Shown here: positions 9,612 to 19,074 of the stretch, one piece after another
Layout: each line of letters begins with the position of its first letter
How positions within the stretch are numbered: the first letter of the stretch is position 1
Virus record (IMG/VR): IMGVR_UViG_3300030117_005840
Location: 1 to 63,321 of that record
DNA length: 63,321 nucleotides
Strand: one strand, 5' to 3'
From: a virus
Taxonomy: Duplodnaviria; Caudoviricetes
Notes under the pieces: generated by a model
Told to the model about the DNA's origin: nothing
The model's input: the letters and a program-made list of their open reading frames with translations, nothing else
Database searches by the model: none
Position numbers and translations under genes: made by a program

Positions 9612-10391
9612 ATGCAGCCCTTAACCGAACTATTTGATAGGGTTTACGTTATAAGCTGTTCTTACCGAAAGGATCGTTTAGATGCGTTGGAGGCTAATTT
9701 TAAGCGCATGGGAGTTGCTGACTTTTCACAAGTCAGGATTTTTAAGGGAATCGACGGGAATAAGGTAGGCTCACCACCTTATTGGAAATGGGGTAGGGGT
9801 GCTTGGGGCTGTTATCAGTCCCATTGCGGAGTTATAACTGATATACTTAACTCAGAAGAGAGATGCCGAAGCGCGCTAATTTTAGAAGATGACGTGTGTT
9901 TTAACACTTCCTCCCTTGTAGAAGCCAATTACCTAATGAACCACATACCTCCTGATTGGGATCAAGTTTATTTAGGAGGACAGCATTGCAAAACGCCGGA
10001 ATTTACAGACGACCCATTGATACTGAAAGGCACTTCCATTCACAGGACTCACGCGTATGGGCTAAACGAAAAAGTATTCAAGAAGTTTTATGCTCATTTA
10101 AGTAACGCTCCTGAGTTTATACAAGAGAAGGAAACCCACGTTGACCGTCACCTAGAAGCTGCACACCAAGAAAAGAAATGGAATGTATATTGTCCTCTTA
10201 AATGGGTAGCAGGGCAGGCATCAGGTGAAAGCGATATTGCCCATATCACTACGTCTGACGGGGTCTGTAGTAAGAAGATAGATTCTATTAGAAAATATTG
10301 GTTTTTATCCGACTCAAAGGCAGGGTTAGAAGCGCATAAGGCTGATTCTTACTTTATGGGAGACAAAGCTCCTATAGTTACCCCCTTGTAA
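9612..10391 (+). CDS. Glycosyltransferase family 25-like
   Basis: YVIS...R.DR, F.GIDG, GC.QSH, LILEDD, YLG and T.AY motifs. Confidence 0.8.
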   Translation: MQPLTELFDRVYVISCSYRKDRLDALEANFKRMGVADFSQVRIFKGIDGNKVGSPPYWKWGRGAWGCYQSHCGVITDILNSEERCRSALILEDDVCFNTSSLVEANYLMNHIPPDWDQVYLGGQHCKTPEFTDDPLILKGTSIHRTHAYGLNEKVFKKFYAHLSNAPEFIQEKETHVDRHLEAAHQEKKWNVYCPLKWVAGQASGESDIAHITTSDGVCSKKIDSIRKYWFLSDSKAGLEAHKADSYFMGDKAPIVTPL

Positions 10392-10421
10392 AAACGCCCA
10401 AAACCCCTATATTAACGAGTC

Positions 10422-11159
10422 ATGCCGAAAGGACAAGTAGGAACTATTAAGAGTAAATTCAGCCAGTATCTGGATGCGGGAGCCGCTACCGATGCTGATT
10501 GGTATATTGCTCTTAATGAGGTCATGCCCCGTATATACCATATGGGCTTTTGGCGGGATATGATGACCACGCTTGAGGAACAGGATGTCAGTAAGGGCTT
10601 ATATATACTACCTGAAGACAACGCCACAACAGGGGTAGGTTATGACAGTATTCTACACGCTATCTTAGATGATAGCCCAACGGATTTATTTTCCATTTGG
10701 CATGATTACCGGATTTTTGGTGAGCCTCACACAACTGCTGCGGCTGACGTTACTTCACTATCAGTAGGCGTGTATGATGATGGTTATACCTCCTTTGATG
10801 CTTACACAAGCCCTGAGTCTAATGGAGGCAAGGGAGCCGCCATTGATCCCGCACGAAGGAGGTATAGGATAGCCCCCGTCGATTCTACCACAAAAGCCAC
10901 GTTTCTAATGAAGAGGAAATGGGTAGATGTCTCTAGTAATAGCCACTACGTATTCCTTCCTAATGACCCCTCAGTCATTAAACACGCCCTTTTAGGCAAG
11001 CTCGCTGAAGACAACGCCGATGTCCAAAGGGCTGAATACCACTGGCAGACTTGCCAGAAACTTTTAGACGCTGACCTTGATTCTTACAGGGGTGGCGCAA
11101 GACCAAGACCTAATATCGCCCCGAGCGGACCGGGAGGCACAATATTAGGTATGTATTAA
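10422..11159 (+). CDS. Putative head-tail adaptor or tail tubular protein
   Basis: Helical N- and C-termini around a beta core; position among tail genes. Confidence 0.45.
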   Translation: MPKGQVGTIKSKFSQYLDAGAATDADWYIALNEVMPRIYHMGFWRDMMTTLEEQDVSKGLYILPEDNATTGVGYDSILHAILDDSPTDLFSIWHDYRIFGEPHTTAAADVTSLSVGVYDDGYTSFDAYTSPESNGGKGAAIDPARRRYRIAPVDSTTKATFLMKRKWVDVSSNSHYVFLPNDPSVIKHALLGKLAEDNADVQRAEYHWQTCQKLLDADLDSYRGGARPRPNIAPSGPGGTILGMY

Positions 11160-11186
11160 TTTCAAACAAACAAACAATAATTAGCT

Positions 11187-11504
11187 ATGGCTACAAACAA
11201 TATTGAAAAACAATCCTTCGGTCAGGCCGGAGCAACTGCCCTTTCGGGGACTGAAACTGTCGCCGCACGATGGGCCGCACTACATAGTGGAGAGACTGTC
11301 CCAGATATATGCGCCATTGTAGCTCTTGAGGATTCGGTGCTACACGCTACGAATACGGTATGGCCAGAGCTAACAGATTCAGCAACAAAGAATCTTATAG
11401 GTGATACTAGCCCTATTACCATACCAAAAGGAGTCACAATCTACGGACAGTTCACTGCTGTTGGGCTAGATAGCGGTTCAGTCCTCTGCTACCACGCCGC
11501 CTAA
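11187..11504 (+). CDS. Small virion protein
   Basis: C-terminal IPKGVTIYGQFT.V.L.SG.V..Y pattern of small phage structural proteins. Confidence 0.5.
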   Translation: MATNNIEKQSFGQAGATALSGTETVAARWAALHSGETVPDICAIVALEDSVLHATNTVWPELTDSATKNLIGDTSPITIPKGVTIYGQFTAVGLDSGSVLCYHAA

Positions 11505-11510
11505 AGAACA

Positions 11511-12476
11511 ATGGCTCCCCGACTTGGATTAGGTGGCGGCATAACCGCTGACCCGTCAAGCACACTGTTTGGCGAACCCAACTTGTTGCTGGACGATTAT
11601 CCCGGCGCAGATATAGCTTATTCGATACGAAAGCTATCGAAGAACTATGCAGGGTATGCTATGAATGTCAGGGTTGATATAAACGATGATGGGGACACCA
11701 CACCTGACAAAACCGCCGATGTAGCTTTTGACGATGACGGCTTCGTATCTGCCAGTTCAAAGATATACAATCCGTCCTCTGGTGGTTCTGATGGGGATAC
11801 TCTTGCGACCTTTGTAGGATCAGAAAATGAAGTTTATGTGGCCACATGGTATGATCAGTCAGGAAATAGTAAAAATGCTACGGACACATCAGGTTCGCCT
11901 ACTCTCGCGAATCAACCCAAGCTGTATACTAGTAACAGTCTTATAACGGATGTCACATCAGGCACAGCGCGAGCCGCCTTGCTTTGGGATGCCGCCGATT
12001 TAATGCACTTTAGCAACTCAGGGTTTGCCCTTGGGGGCAACACCACGTTTTTTGTTTCGCGCTCCACACGGGCGGACGATTCCATTCCGTGGACATTAAG
12101 TTTTGATAACATTACCCCAGCGCATTACTTACACTTTCAACAAAACATTGAAGCCCATTTTTATTACCAGAATGGTCTTGCTGGTGCCGCTTCAGTAGCT
12201 ATGAATAACGTAGGTAACCTTGATGAAAAACGAAGGCTTTTTTCCTATTTGGCTACCACATCAGCACAAACGATTACTGCTAATGGCGTGAGCAATTCCT
12301 CTGGCTTTCCTGACGCTGGAACGTCTTCTATGTCGGGAAGTTCTGGTCTTGGAAATTCAATTGGTTACTTTGGTTACCAAGGAAAGATGCAAGAGTTCAT
12401 CCATTACGATACCGATCAAACGTCCAATAGTTCTAATATTGCATCAGACATAAACACAGCTTTGGAGGTCTACTAA
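11511..12476 (+). CDS. Putative tail or receptor-binding protein with lectin-like (LamG/ConA) fold
   Basis: AYS.RKL...Y.G, V.TWYDQSGN...AT, QP and G.MQE.I.Y motifs. Confidence 0.6.
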   Translation: MAPRLGLGGGITADPSSTLFGEPNLLLDDYPGADIAYSIRKLSKNYAGYAMNVRVDINDDGDTTPDKTADVAFDDDGFVSASSKIYNPSSGGSDGDTLATFVGSENEVYVATWYDQSGNSKNATDTSGSPTLANQPKLYTSNSLITDVTSGTARAALLWDAADLMHFSNSGFALGGNTTFFVSRSTRADDSIPWTLSFDNITPAHYLHFQQNIEAHFYYQNGLAGAASVAMNNVGNLDEKRRLFSYLATTSAQTITANGVSNSSGFPDAGTSSMSGSSGLGNSIGYFGYQGKMQEFIHYDTDQTSNSSNIASDINTALEVY

Positions 12477-12715
12477 TGAACTTTTTAGTTTTTGATACTG
12501 AGCAAGAGGCCACTACCCGTTCTGAACAAGCGGCCACTGAAAAAGGCAACCCTGATTACTCTAGAGTATGGAGCGCAACGGTTGAGCATAATGACGGGAG
12601 AGCCGCCTTACAGGTCTACGGGGACTACCTCTACCTGCTGACAGATGATGAAAAGGATGCTTTAGTCGATGAGCTACCCGCCGATTGGAACCACCCACCC
12701 AACCCGTTTGAGTAA
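12476..12715 (+). CDS. Hypothetical protein, possibly a fibre chaperone
   Basis: 79 aa, translationally coupled to the fibre-like gene. Confidence 0.45.
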   Translation: MNFLVFDTEQEATTRSEQAATEKGNPDYSRVWSATVEHNDGRAALQVYGDYLYLLTDDEKDALVDELPADWNHPPNPFE

Positions 12716-12894
12716 TGAACACCGGAGAGATCATAACCAAGGGGACTACAGGGATTGCTGGCTCAGTTGTGGCGGTTCTCTCTCCGTATCAAGAGCATAT
12801 GGAGTGGGCGATTCAAGTATTAGGTGGGCTTTTAGGAATTGCAGTGGCAGTGGTTTCGCTGTATCATCTGTTAAAGAACAAAAATAAGAAATGA
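12715..12894 (+). CDS. Holin-like membrane protein (59 aa, not in ORF track)
   Basis: MNTGEIITKGTTGIAGSVVAVLSP...VLGGLLGIAVAVVSLYHLLKNKNKK; two hydrophobic segments, basic tail, TAATG coupling. Confidence 0.6.
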   Translation: MNTGEIITKGTTGIAGSVVAVLSPYQEHMEWAIQVLGGLLGIAVAVVSLYHLLKNKNKK

Positions 12895-13055
12895 GTAAAG
12901 AAGCTATTTTAGGAATCGTAAGACACATCCTCACCTTCGGGGGAGGCTTTATGACTCAGGCCGGAATCGCATCCGACGATCAGATCACCACTGGCGTATC
13001 AGCCATTGTGACCCTCGTCGGACTCGTCTGGTCGGTGCTGAACAAGAAGAAGTGA
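12891..13055 (+). CDS. Holin-like membrane protein (54 aa, not in ORF track)
   Basis: MSKEAILGIVRHILTFGGGF...GVSAIVTLVGLVWSVLNKKK; ATGA overlap with the previous gene. Confidence 0.65.
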   Translation: MSKEAILGIVRHILTFGGGFMTQAGIASDDQITTGVSAIVTLVGLVWSVLNKKK

Positions 13056-13237
13056 CTTTCTTCCGGCTTTTAACCGCCGCTTTAGAGGCTTACATCGCTT
13101 ACGCGAAGTGGCGTCAAAGAACTTATGTCTATGAACTGGAAGATGAAATTGATACTCTTGCTGCCGATGGTAGCCCTGCTGCAAAGCTGCGCATCGAAAG
13201 GCTCTCGCAACGCCTTAAACGAGAGCGCACTCCATGA
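13052..13237 (+). CDS. Putative i-spanin (Rz-like)
   Basis: N-terminal hydrophobic helix then a helical domain; overlapped out of frame by a lipoprotein gene. Confidence 0.45.
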   Translation: MTFFRLLTAALEAYIAYAKWRQRTYVYELEDEIDTLAADGSPAAKLRIERLSQRLKRERTP

Positions 13238-13373
13238 CCCCCCAACCGTGACCTTGATTGAGGGACGGGAGTATCAGTTTGTAGAAGGTAAGCTAGTGGG
13301 GCGAAAGAACCACAAATGGCATTCCGACTACTCTTATAGACGCGCTATAGTTATAGGTAACGGAGATGAGTAA
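13125..13373 (+). CDS. Lipoprotein, putative o-spanin (Rz1-like); start may be MKLILL
   Basis: Signal peptide with lipobox LLQS-C; overlaps the preceding ORF. Confidence 0.55.
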   Translation: MSMNWKMKLILLLPMVALLQSCASKGSRNALNESALHDPPTVTLIEGREYQFVEGKLVGRKNHKWHSDYSYRRAIVIGNGDE

Positions 13374-14365
13374 TGGCCACTAAAAAAGCTCCTAGAAGTA
13401 AAAAGTGGTGGGGTGATAGGGATAGGGCGATGAGTGGCCGCGAACGCCAGCCTATTATTTCTGATAATACGGCGAGCGACTTGCCAGAAGACCCGCGTGA
13501 TTTACGTCCTTTATCCACACCCAAAGGCGATCCGTGGTTTGGAGAGGACAGGAAAAGACCTCTCGAAACAGCGGGTAATGTGTTTAATAGGAAGCCCGCA
13601 AACCCCTACTCAAGCATAGCCGCCACAGATTTCCTTGATAAATACTATGGTGATGAATTAGTTAACCAGATTAATGAAGCCCGAGTAGCTGAGAAAGAGA
13701 ATAAGGCACTCGTAGGGGAGCGTATGCAGCGCGCAACGGATATTGTTCCTGTATATAGAGATAAAGAGTTATCGGCTTCATCTAGGATAGGTGGTAGTGT
13801 GCCATTAGGACGTTACTTCTCAGGGCAGTTTAGTGACCGCAGCACCCCTACCGCTAAAAGAAAGCTACATATTGAGCTTCCGTCCCGTGTTAAAAAGGGT
13901 CAGGATGTTACTTTGGAACATGAATCAGGGCATCACCTTAATTTATTTACGCCTGAATATTACAGGAAAATATCCCCAAATCTCCCGGAAAGAGGGGAAA
14001 AAGTTGGTGGTAGAAGGATTCACGCTTTTAACCAGCCACAAGAACTAGCCGAAGCTATAGGACGTATGCAAAGGCAATGGTATGCCTATACAAAAGCTAA
14101 TCCAAAAGAATACCCGGAAGGACCGCGCCGAATGTCGGATAAGGATTTTGATAGGCTAATGAATGAGAAATACCTACCTAAAGGATTTAAGTTGCTAAAA
14201 GGCATGGATAGTAGCCATGCAGGGCATTTTATAGAGGCTCTTAGAGATTGGAAAAAAGAAAACCCCAAAAAAGGTAAGGCTCTTATAGAACAAATACGTA
14301 AGGTAAAGGACTCCTTTGTCGATACAGGGGAATCTAAGTTTTTCCCTACAGAAAACATTGCTTAA
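13373..14365 (+). CDS. Hypothetical protein with HExxH motif
   Basis: TLEHESGHH. Confidence 0.5.
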   Translation: MATKKAPRSKKWWGDRDRAMSGRERQPIISDNTASDLPEDPRDLRPLSTPKGDPWFGEDRKRPLETAGNVFNRKPANPYSSIAATDFLDKYYGDELVNQINEARVAEKENKALVGERMQRATDIVPVYRDKELSASSRIGGSVPLGRYFSGQFSDRSTPTAKRKLHIELPSRVKKGQDVTLEHESGHHLNLFTPEYYRKISPNLPERGEKVGGRRIHAFNQPQELAEAIGRMQRQWYAYTKANPKEYPEGPRRMSDKDFDRLMNEKYLPKGFKLLKGMDSSHAGHFIEALRDWKKENPKKGKALIEQIRKVKDSFVDTGESKFFPTENIA

Positions 14366-14479
14366 ATGATACTTCGTTTCATCAACACCTTAATCATCCT
14401 GCTGATAATCATCTTGGCAATAGCCTCGTTGTTCATTGTCCCATTAACCGCGATATTCTTTGGAATCGGTCCCGCGTAA

Positions 14480-15034
14480 ATGATAGCAATCTGCGTAGGC
14501 CATAGCCGACAAGGGGTTAGTGGAGCCTCCGCAGTCGATGGCACTACTGAATGGGATTATAATTGCGATTTAGCCGAGAGGATAGCTTCTAAGTTAAGGC
14601 AGGAAGTAAGGGTTTATAATACGTATGGGGGCAAAAGTTATGCGAACTCCATGCGCTGGCTATCCCGAAAACTGCAAACTGATAACGCACAGTTTGCAAT
14701 AGAGCTTCATTTTAACGCAGCTAAGCCGTCAGAAACAGGGCATGAATGGGGTTATTGGCATAATAGCGAAAAAGGAAGGCTTCTAGCGCGCTCTCTACGG
14801 GATTCTATGGAGGATTCTTTCCCTATGCACACAAGCAGGGGTATTAAATTACATAAAAAAGGCAGTAAAGGAGCCGCTTTTCTACGGCACACGCATTGCC
14901 CAGCCGTAATTGCCCAACCCTTTTTCGGGACATCTAACGAAGATTGGGAGTTAGCTACTAAGCATAAAGATGGGCTGGCGATGACTATAACAGGAGGTAT
15001 ATTACTCTATAACGAATTAGCCAGTAGATGGTGA
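14480..15034 (+). CDS. N-acetylmuramoyl-L-alanine amidase (Amidase_3 type) with atypical catalytic residue
   Basis: GH, TE and ELHFNA zinc ligands; PAVIAQPFFG where Glu is expected. Confidence 0.8.
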   Translation: MIAICVGHSRQGVSGASAVDGTTEWDYNCDLAERIASKLRQEVRVYNTYGGKSYANSMRWLSRKLQTDNAQFAIELHFNAAKPSETGHEWGYWHNSEKGRLLARSLRDSMEDSFPMHTSRGIKLHKKGSKGAAFLRHTHCPAVIAQPFFGTSNEDWELATKHKDGLAMTITGGILLYNELASRW

Positions 15035-15040
15035 GTCCCT

Positions 15041-15349
15041 ATGAATTTCCCAAAAACAGTCAAAATAGCTGGACGCAGAATACGTTTAGTTATAAAACCG
15101 TTTAGGGGAGAAGATAGGGATACATTCGGGGAATACTTCCACGATGATAAAACCATACAGATTAATGCTGGTCTTTCTGATGAAGTAGCTTTAACCACGC
15201 TCAGGCACGAAATGATGGAAGCCAGCCTGTTCATATCTGGACTAGCTTGGTCAGAGAGATATGAGCAAGAACCCATCGTCCGTTGTATGGAAGAGATTTT
15301 TTTTCCGGCATGGGAGGCATTCTTAAAAAGGATACAACGTGAGTTATGA
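15041..15349 (+). CDS. Small zincin-like phage metallopeptidase
   Basis: G.Y......I.I and TLRHEMMEA (HExxE variant) with a downstream E. Confidence 0.55.
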   Translation: MNFPKTVKIAGRRIRLVIKPFRGEDRDTFGEYFHDDKTIQINAGLSDEVALTTLRHEMMEASLFISGLAWSERYEQEPIVRCMEEIFFPAWEAFLKRIQREL

Positions 15350-16086
15350 ACAAAAATGATAAAGATAACTTGGCTCGGGTTTCACCTCCCGCGCCATCAC
15401 AGTCACAGCAATTCCAACAAAACAGATACCAAGCTAGTGATGTTCTAGAAATACTTAAAGAGGCTGAAGGCTTTTATGACTCCCCTTACCGAGACTCATA
15501 CGGTAAGTGGACGGTTGGTTACGGAACATTGATAGGCGACGGCGGCGATAAGGACTTCGCAGCGTCTCCGTATGCCGGTGGCCGTTCAGTTAGTCAGATC
15601 AGCTCATTCACTAAAAAATATACCCCTTATACTGCCGGACGATCCATAAGTCAGTTGCATAACACTAAGGATATTGATGAGTCTAAGGAAGTAGCTCTAG
15701 GAATGGCTGAGGGCGAGGCTAAAGAAAAACTTAGGCGTGTAAGAGGGGAAGGCGAATGGGCTAAGTATCCCAATTTAGGGGCAGACACATTTGACGCCTT
15801 ACCAAAAAAACTACAGAACCTTATATTGAGTAGTGCATACAGGGGTGGGATAACTGGATCGCCTAAAACAATCGAGATGATAAAGGATGGAGATTTTATA
15901 GGGGCTTCCGCAGAATTTCTTAATAATGCAGAATATAGGAAAGCACGCCAGCCGGGGTCTGATGCGCTAGGAGTGGCTATACGAATGGAGAAGTTATCAA
16001 ACGCGTTACGGGAACATGGGCAAGATATGAAAAGGAATTGGGGGGATGATACAATTAGGCGCATACTAGGTAAGCTGCCTCAATAA
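15346..16086 (+). CDS. Lysozyme (GH24/T4-type)
   Basis: EG....PYRDS.GKWTVGYG catalytic E-D-T motif; A..EFL and R.E at the C-terminus. Confidence 0.75.
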   Translation: MNKNDKDNLARVSPPAPSQSQQFQQNRYQASDVLEILKEAEGFYDSPYRDSYGKWTVGYGTLIGDGGDKDFAASPYAGGRSVSQISSFTKKYTPYTAGRSISQLHNTKDIDESKEVALGMAEGEAKEKLRRVRGEGEWAKYPNLGADTFDALPKKLQNLILSSAYRGGITGSPKTIEMIKDGDFIGASAEFLNNAEYRKARQPGSDALGVAIRMEKLSNALREHGQDMKRNWGDDTIRRILGKLPQ

Positions 16087-16095
16087 CCCAAAGAC

Positions 16096-16635
16096 ATGAG
16101 CCGCGCACGAAGAAACAAAAGGCGGTTCAAATACGAGAAAGGTATAGCCGTATACTCAACTACAAGCGATGATGTCGCTTTAGCCCATACTAGGTCATGT
16201 CAATTAGGAGTCCCAAGAGGCTCATACATGTATGGCATGGGCAGGATGACGGGTTTTTTAGGAGAAATAGCCGTCAATGCCTACTTGCCCAGAAGCCATT
16301 ATGTAGGTGATAACGAATTTACGCACGATATTGTATACAAAAAGAGACGTGTTGAGGTAAAAAGTAAGACCTGCGGGGGGTGTCCAGAACCTGAATATAG
16401 CGCGTTTGTTAATGGAAAAGAGCATATGTCTCCTGACAACGACGTTTATTTCTTCACCCGTGTTAGAAGGGACATGCAACGCGTTTATATCTGCGGTTGG
16501 CTACCTACATCAAAACTATTTAAAGAAGCCAAATTCGTCCACAAAGGACATACAGACGATAAAGGATACACGTTCAAGGCATCAGGATACCATATAGAGA
16601 TAGGTAAACTAAACGCTCCTAAAACATTTAAATAA
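16096..16635 (+). CDS. PD-(D/E)XK restriction-endonuclease-like protein
   Basis: G.LGE.AV ... D ... VEVKS ... CGW pattern. Confidence 0.6.
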   Translation: MSRARRNKRRFKYEKGIAVYSTTSDDVALAHTRSCQLGVPRGSYMYGMGRMTGFLGEIAVNAYLPRSHYVGDNEFTHDIVYKKRRVEVKSKTCGGCPEPEYSAFVNGKEHMSPDNDVYFFTRVRRDMQRVYICGWLPTSKLFKEAKFVHKGHTDDKGYTFKASGYHIEIGKLNAPKTFK

Positions 16636-16636
16636 A

Positions 16637-16903
16637 TTACGTAGGAGTATTAATGAATACAGGAGCGTGCTCCCCCATATAGGAAGCCCCACGCTCTACG
16701 TTGTAATAGAAATATTCTTCAGCTTCCGCTTTAGACATGCTTTTAGCTAATTCTGATATACACAGCTCAACACTGTAAACCGCACGTGCTGGTTCAAACA
16801 TTACACCTATGAAAGCTCTATCTAAATCATCGGCTATTAATATTTCGTCTACATGCTCTGGAGCCATTAGCTCTATGAATTCATCTACTTCGTCTCTGGT
16901 CAT
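16637..16903 (-). CDS. Small conserved phage protein, paralog of 25530-25799
   Basis: D.AFIG...YS...EAEEY...G..AP.F. Confidence 0.6.
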   Translation of the reverse strand: MTRDEVDEFIELMAPEHVDEILIADDLDRAFIGVMFEPARAVYSVELCISELAKSMSKAEAEEYFYYNVERGASYMGEHAPVFINTPT

Positions 16904-19074
16904 GGTGTGTTTATTTTAGTGGGTGTTTTTCCTTTGCTAATATCATATTTTTCGTCCAAAGCTATTTCCCAAATCTTACCGCCTCCGTGCCCTACTGATT
17001 TTATAGGGCGTAGCTTTTTGTTATTTTGCGCGGACTCTTCCATTATTTGCATGCCCCTACGCATGAATTCTAGACTACTGCTCATACCTACAGCACGCCC
17101 CCCATTAAATTCATGTATAGCCACTTGAAATTCTGTAAGAGTGCCCCACCATATTTTTTCGGTTGTATACATACGTGAGCGTTTAACAAAAAATTCAACA
17201 AGCTCTGCTATAGACGACCTACTTGAATTATCATAAGCGGCAGATGCTATAGATTGATCTATATAGCTTACCACGCCGAACCTAGATAACCCTTTTACCT
17301 TCTTAGGCACATCCCACTCAAGTAGCCACTTAGCAAAGTAAGGTAGTTCCTCCCTTATTGATGCCTCCACAACGGCGTTAGCGGGAAATTTATTAGTGGC
17401 TTTATCGCAAATACGTAAAGCCATTAACTTGTCTCTATTAGAACTATCCAGAGCCGGTATAACACTCAGGCTGTTTGCGTCCATATTCACGCTGAAGATC
17501 ACCCGACCAGCCCATGGTATGGCTATGGCATCTACGTATTTAGCATGATAATCAATACGTGGATTTGCCACGGTTCTCTTAATGAGTTCTGTAGCTTTCC
17601 TTTGGTCTTGGAAGGAAGCGGCACTGGTTGTATCATCAATTACCCATGCCGCTTTACCAGCTAAGTCTTTGTTAAAATTACTTTGACCACTCAGGTAGTC
17701 AGAAGCATCTGCAAATCCTCCTACCATTCCAGATATTATGCGATTAGAGAGTAATGACTTCCCCTTACCCACGCCTCCTACCAATAGCAGAGCCTGTCCC
17801 TGCATGGGTTCTTTGTTGAGCACGGATATCAGGAAACGCTTCATCCACGCGAAGAAGTATTCAATTGTATCAGGCTTACCCGTAGCGTTAGAGAATAACT
17901 GATGTAAGAACTTATGGATAAAAGGCCAGTTAGCAGGATCACCATTATCTGCCGGTTCCACTGGTTTTATATTGCCGTTATTAAGTATGCGCTGGCTATT
18001 ATATTCAACTACACGGTCATCGCTAAAAATAACAGGAGCTATCTCATCTATCCTGTTTTCGTTACTTATAGCTAATATTGCGTTTTCAACTTCAGATAGG
18101 TTCTGCCCCTTCTTAGCTCGGGGGGAAAAACCCGCTTTACGTAGCTCCAGTATAACTTGATCCTTCGGCGTAGCATGGGCTTTCCCATAGATCAGTTTGT
18201 AAAACATTTTCCCATTGAACCAATACTCATCCAGAATTCCTCCCATTTTTTGGGCTTCGTATTGTTTCACAAAGGCAGAGCCCAAAATCTCACGCCATGT
18301 CATAAAACCTTTCCCCGCACGGTCGCTATAACAAACTATGCCGTCCTCAACAATCTGACATCCATCCCTATCAATTCCGTCGTTAATCCAGAACAACGGG
18401 CCTCTCGCACCAACTTCAAATGTATTAGTCCATCTATTAGGAAATTTCCTTTCTACTTCTTCCGCGACAACGTCTATAGGAATCGAAACCTCTGAAGTTT
18501 GCGGGGGCTTATCCATAGACGCCTTTAACAAAGCCGTCTGGTAAAAAGACTTTGGTAGTGGGTCACCTATCTTCACCCAATTAGTCCCTAGCTCGAAATA
18601 CTGAGTGGCTTTTAATGAAGAAGAATCAAAACCCGGTAATATACGTTCTAGGCTAAGCTGCACAGACATCTGCTTCATAAAAGCAGGGAACATCTCAGGA
18701 CTTATAGGCATCTTAGACTCGAAAGGAAAAACTAGCCTGACGTATCCAGAGTAAGTCTCACTACGCCACATAGGCATGTGCTGCTTACACTGTGCCTTTA
18801 GTAGTTTATCTATAACAGCCCAATCCGTAGGCGCGTCATAATCTACAACTATACCTCCTATAGCGTTGGGAGGGTTATCTCCTGTTACACGTGCAGACGG
18901 GCTATTCCCTTCCACCATTGTATAAAAACAATGGTCAGTATTAGGGTCTGCACACCAATCCCTGAATTGCGATTTAGATTTAAATTGAGGTCTTGTCTTA
19001 TTAAGTTTTGATAAGTCGGAGGTCTTGTAGAGTTTGACTTGTTCACGTAGGTTTTTTAAGTATCTATATTGCAT
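16900..19074 (-). CDS. Primase-helicase (PrimPol-like N-terminus with SF3-type helicase)
   Basis: VVDYD and T.SG.R primase-like motifs; Walker A GGVGKGKS, Walker B VIDD; adjacent to PolA. Confidence 0.75.
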   Translation of the reverse strand: MQYRYLKNLREQVKLYKTSDLSKLNKTRPQFKSKSQFRDWCADPNTDHCFYTMVEGNSPSARVTGDNPPNAIGGIVVDYDAPTDWAVIDKLLKAQCKQHMPMWRSETYSGYVRLVFPFESKMPISPEMFPAFMKQMSVQLSLERILPGFDSSSLKATQYFELGTNWVKIGDPLPKSFYQTALLKASMDKPPQTSEVSIPIDVVAEEVERKFPNRWTNTFEVGARGPLFWINDGIDRDGCQIVEDGIVCYSDRAGKGFMTWREILGSAFVKQYEAQKMGGILDEYWFNGKMFYKLIYGKAHATPKDQVILELRKAGFSPRAKKGQNLSEVENAILAISNENRIDEIAPVIFSDDRVVEYNSQRILNNGNIKPVEPADNGDPANWPFIHKFLHQLFSNATGKPDTIEYFFAWMKRFLISVLNKEPMQGQALLLVGGVGKGKSLLSNRIISGMVGGFADASDYLSGQSNFNKDLAGKAAWVIDDTTSAASFQDQRKATELIKRTVANPRIDYHAKYVDAIAIPWAGRVIFSVNMDANSLSVIPALDSSNRDKLMALRICDKATNKFPANAVVEASIREELPYFAKWLLEWDVPKKVKGLSRFGVVSYIDQSIASAAYDNSSRSSIAELVEFFVKRSRMYTTEKIWWGTLTEFQVAIHEFNGGRAVGMSSSLEFMRRGMQIMEESAQNNKKLRPIKSVGHGGGKIWEIALDEKYDISKGKTPTKINTP

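Noticed and set aside
16096-16635. Restriction-modification pair with the MTase at 50027
   Set aside because: The genes are unlinked, and stand-alone PD-(D/E)XK genes are common in phages
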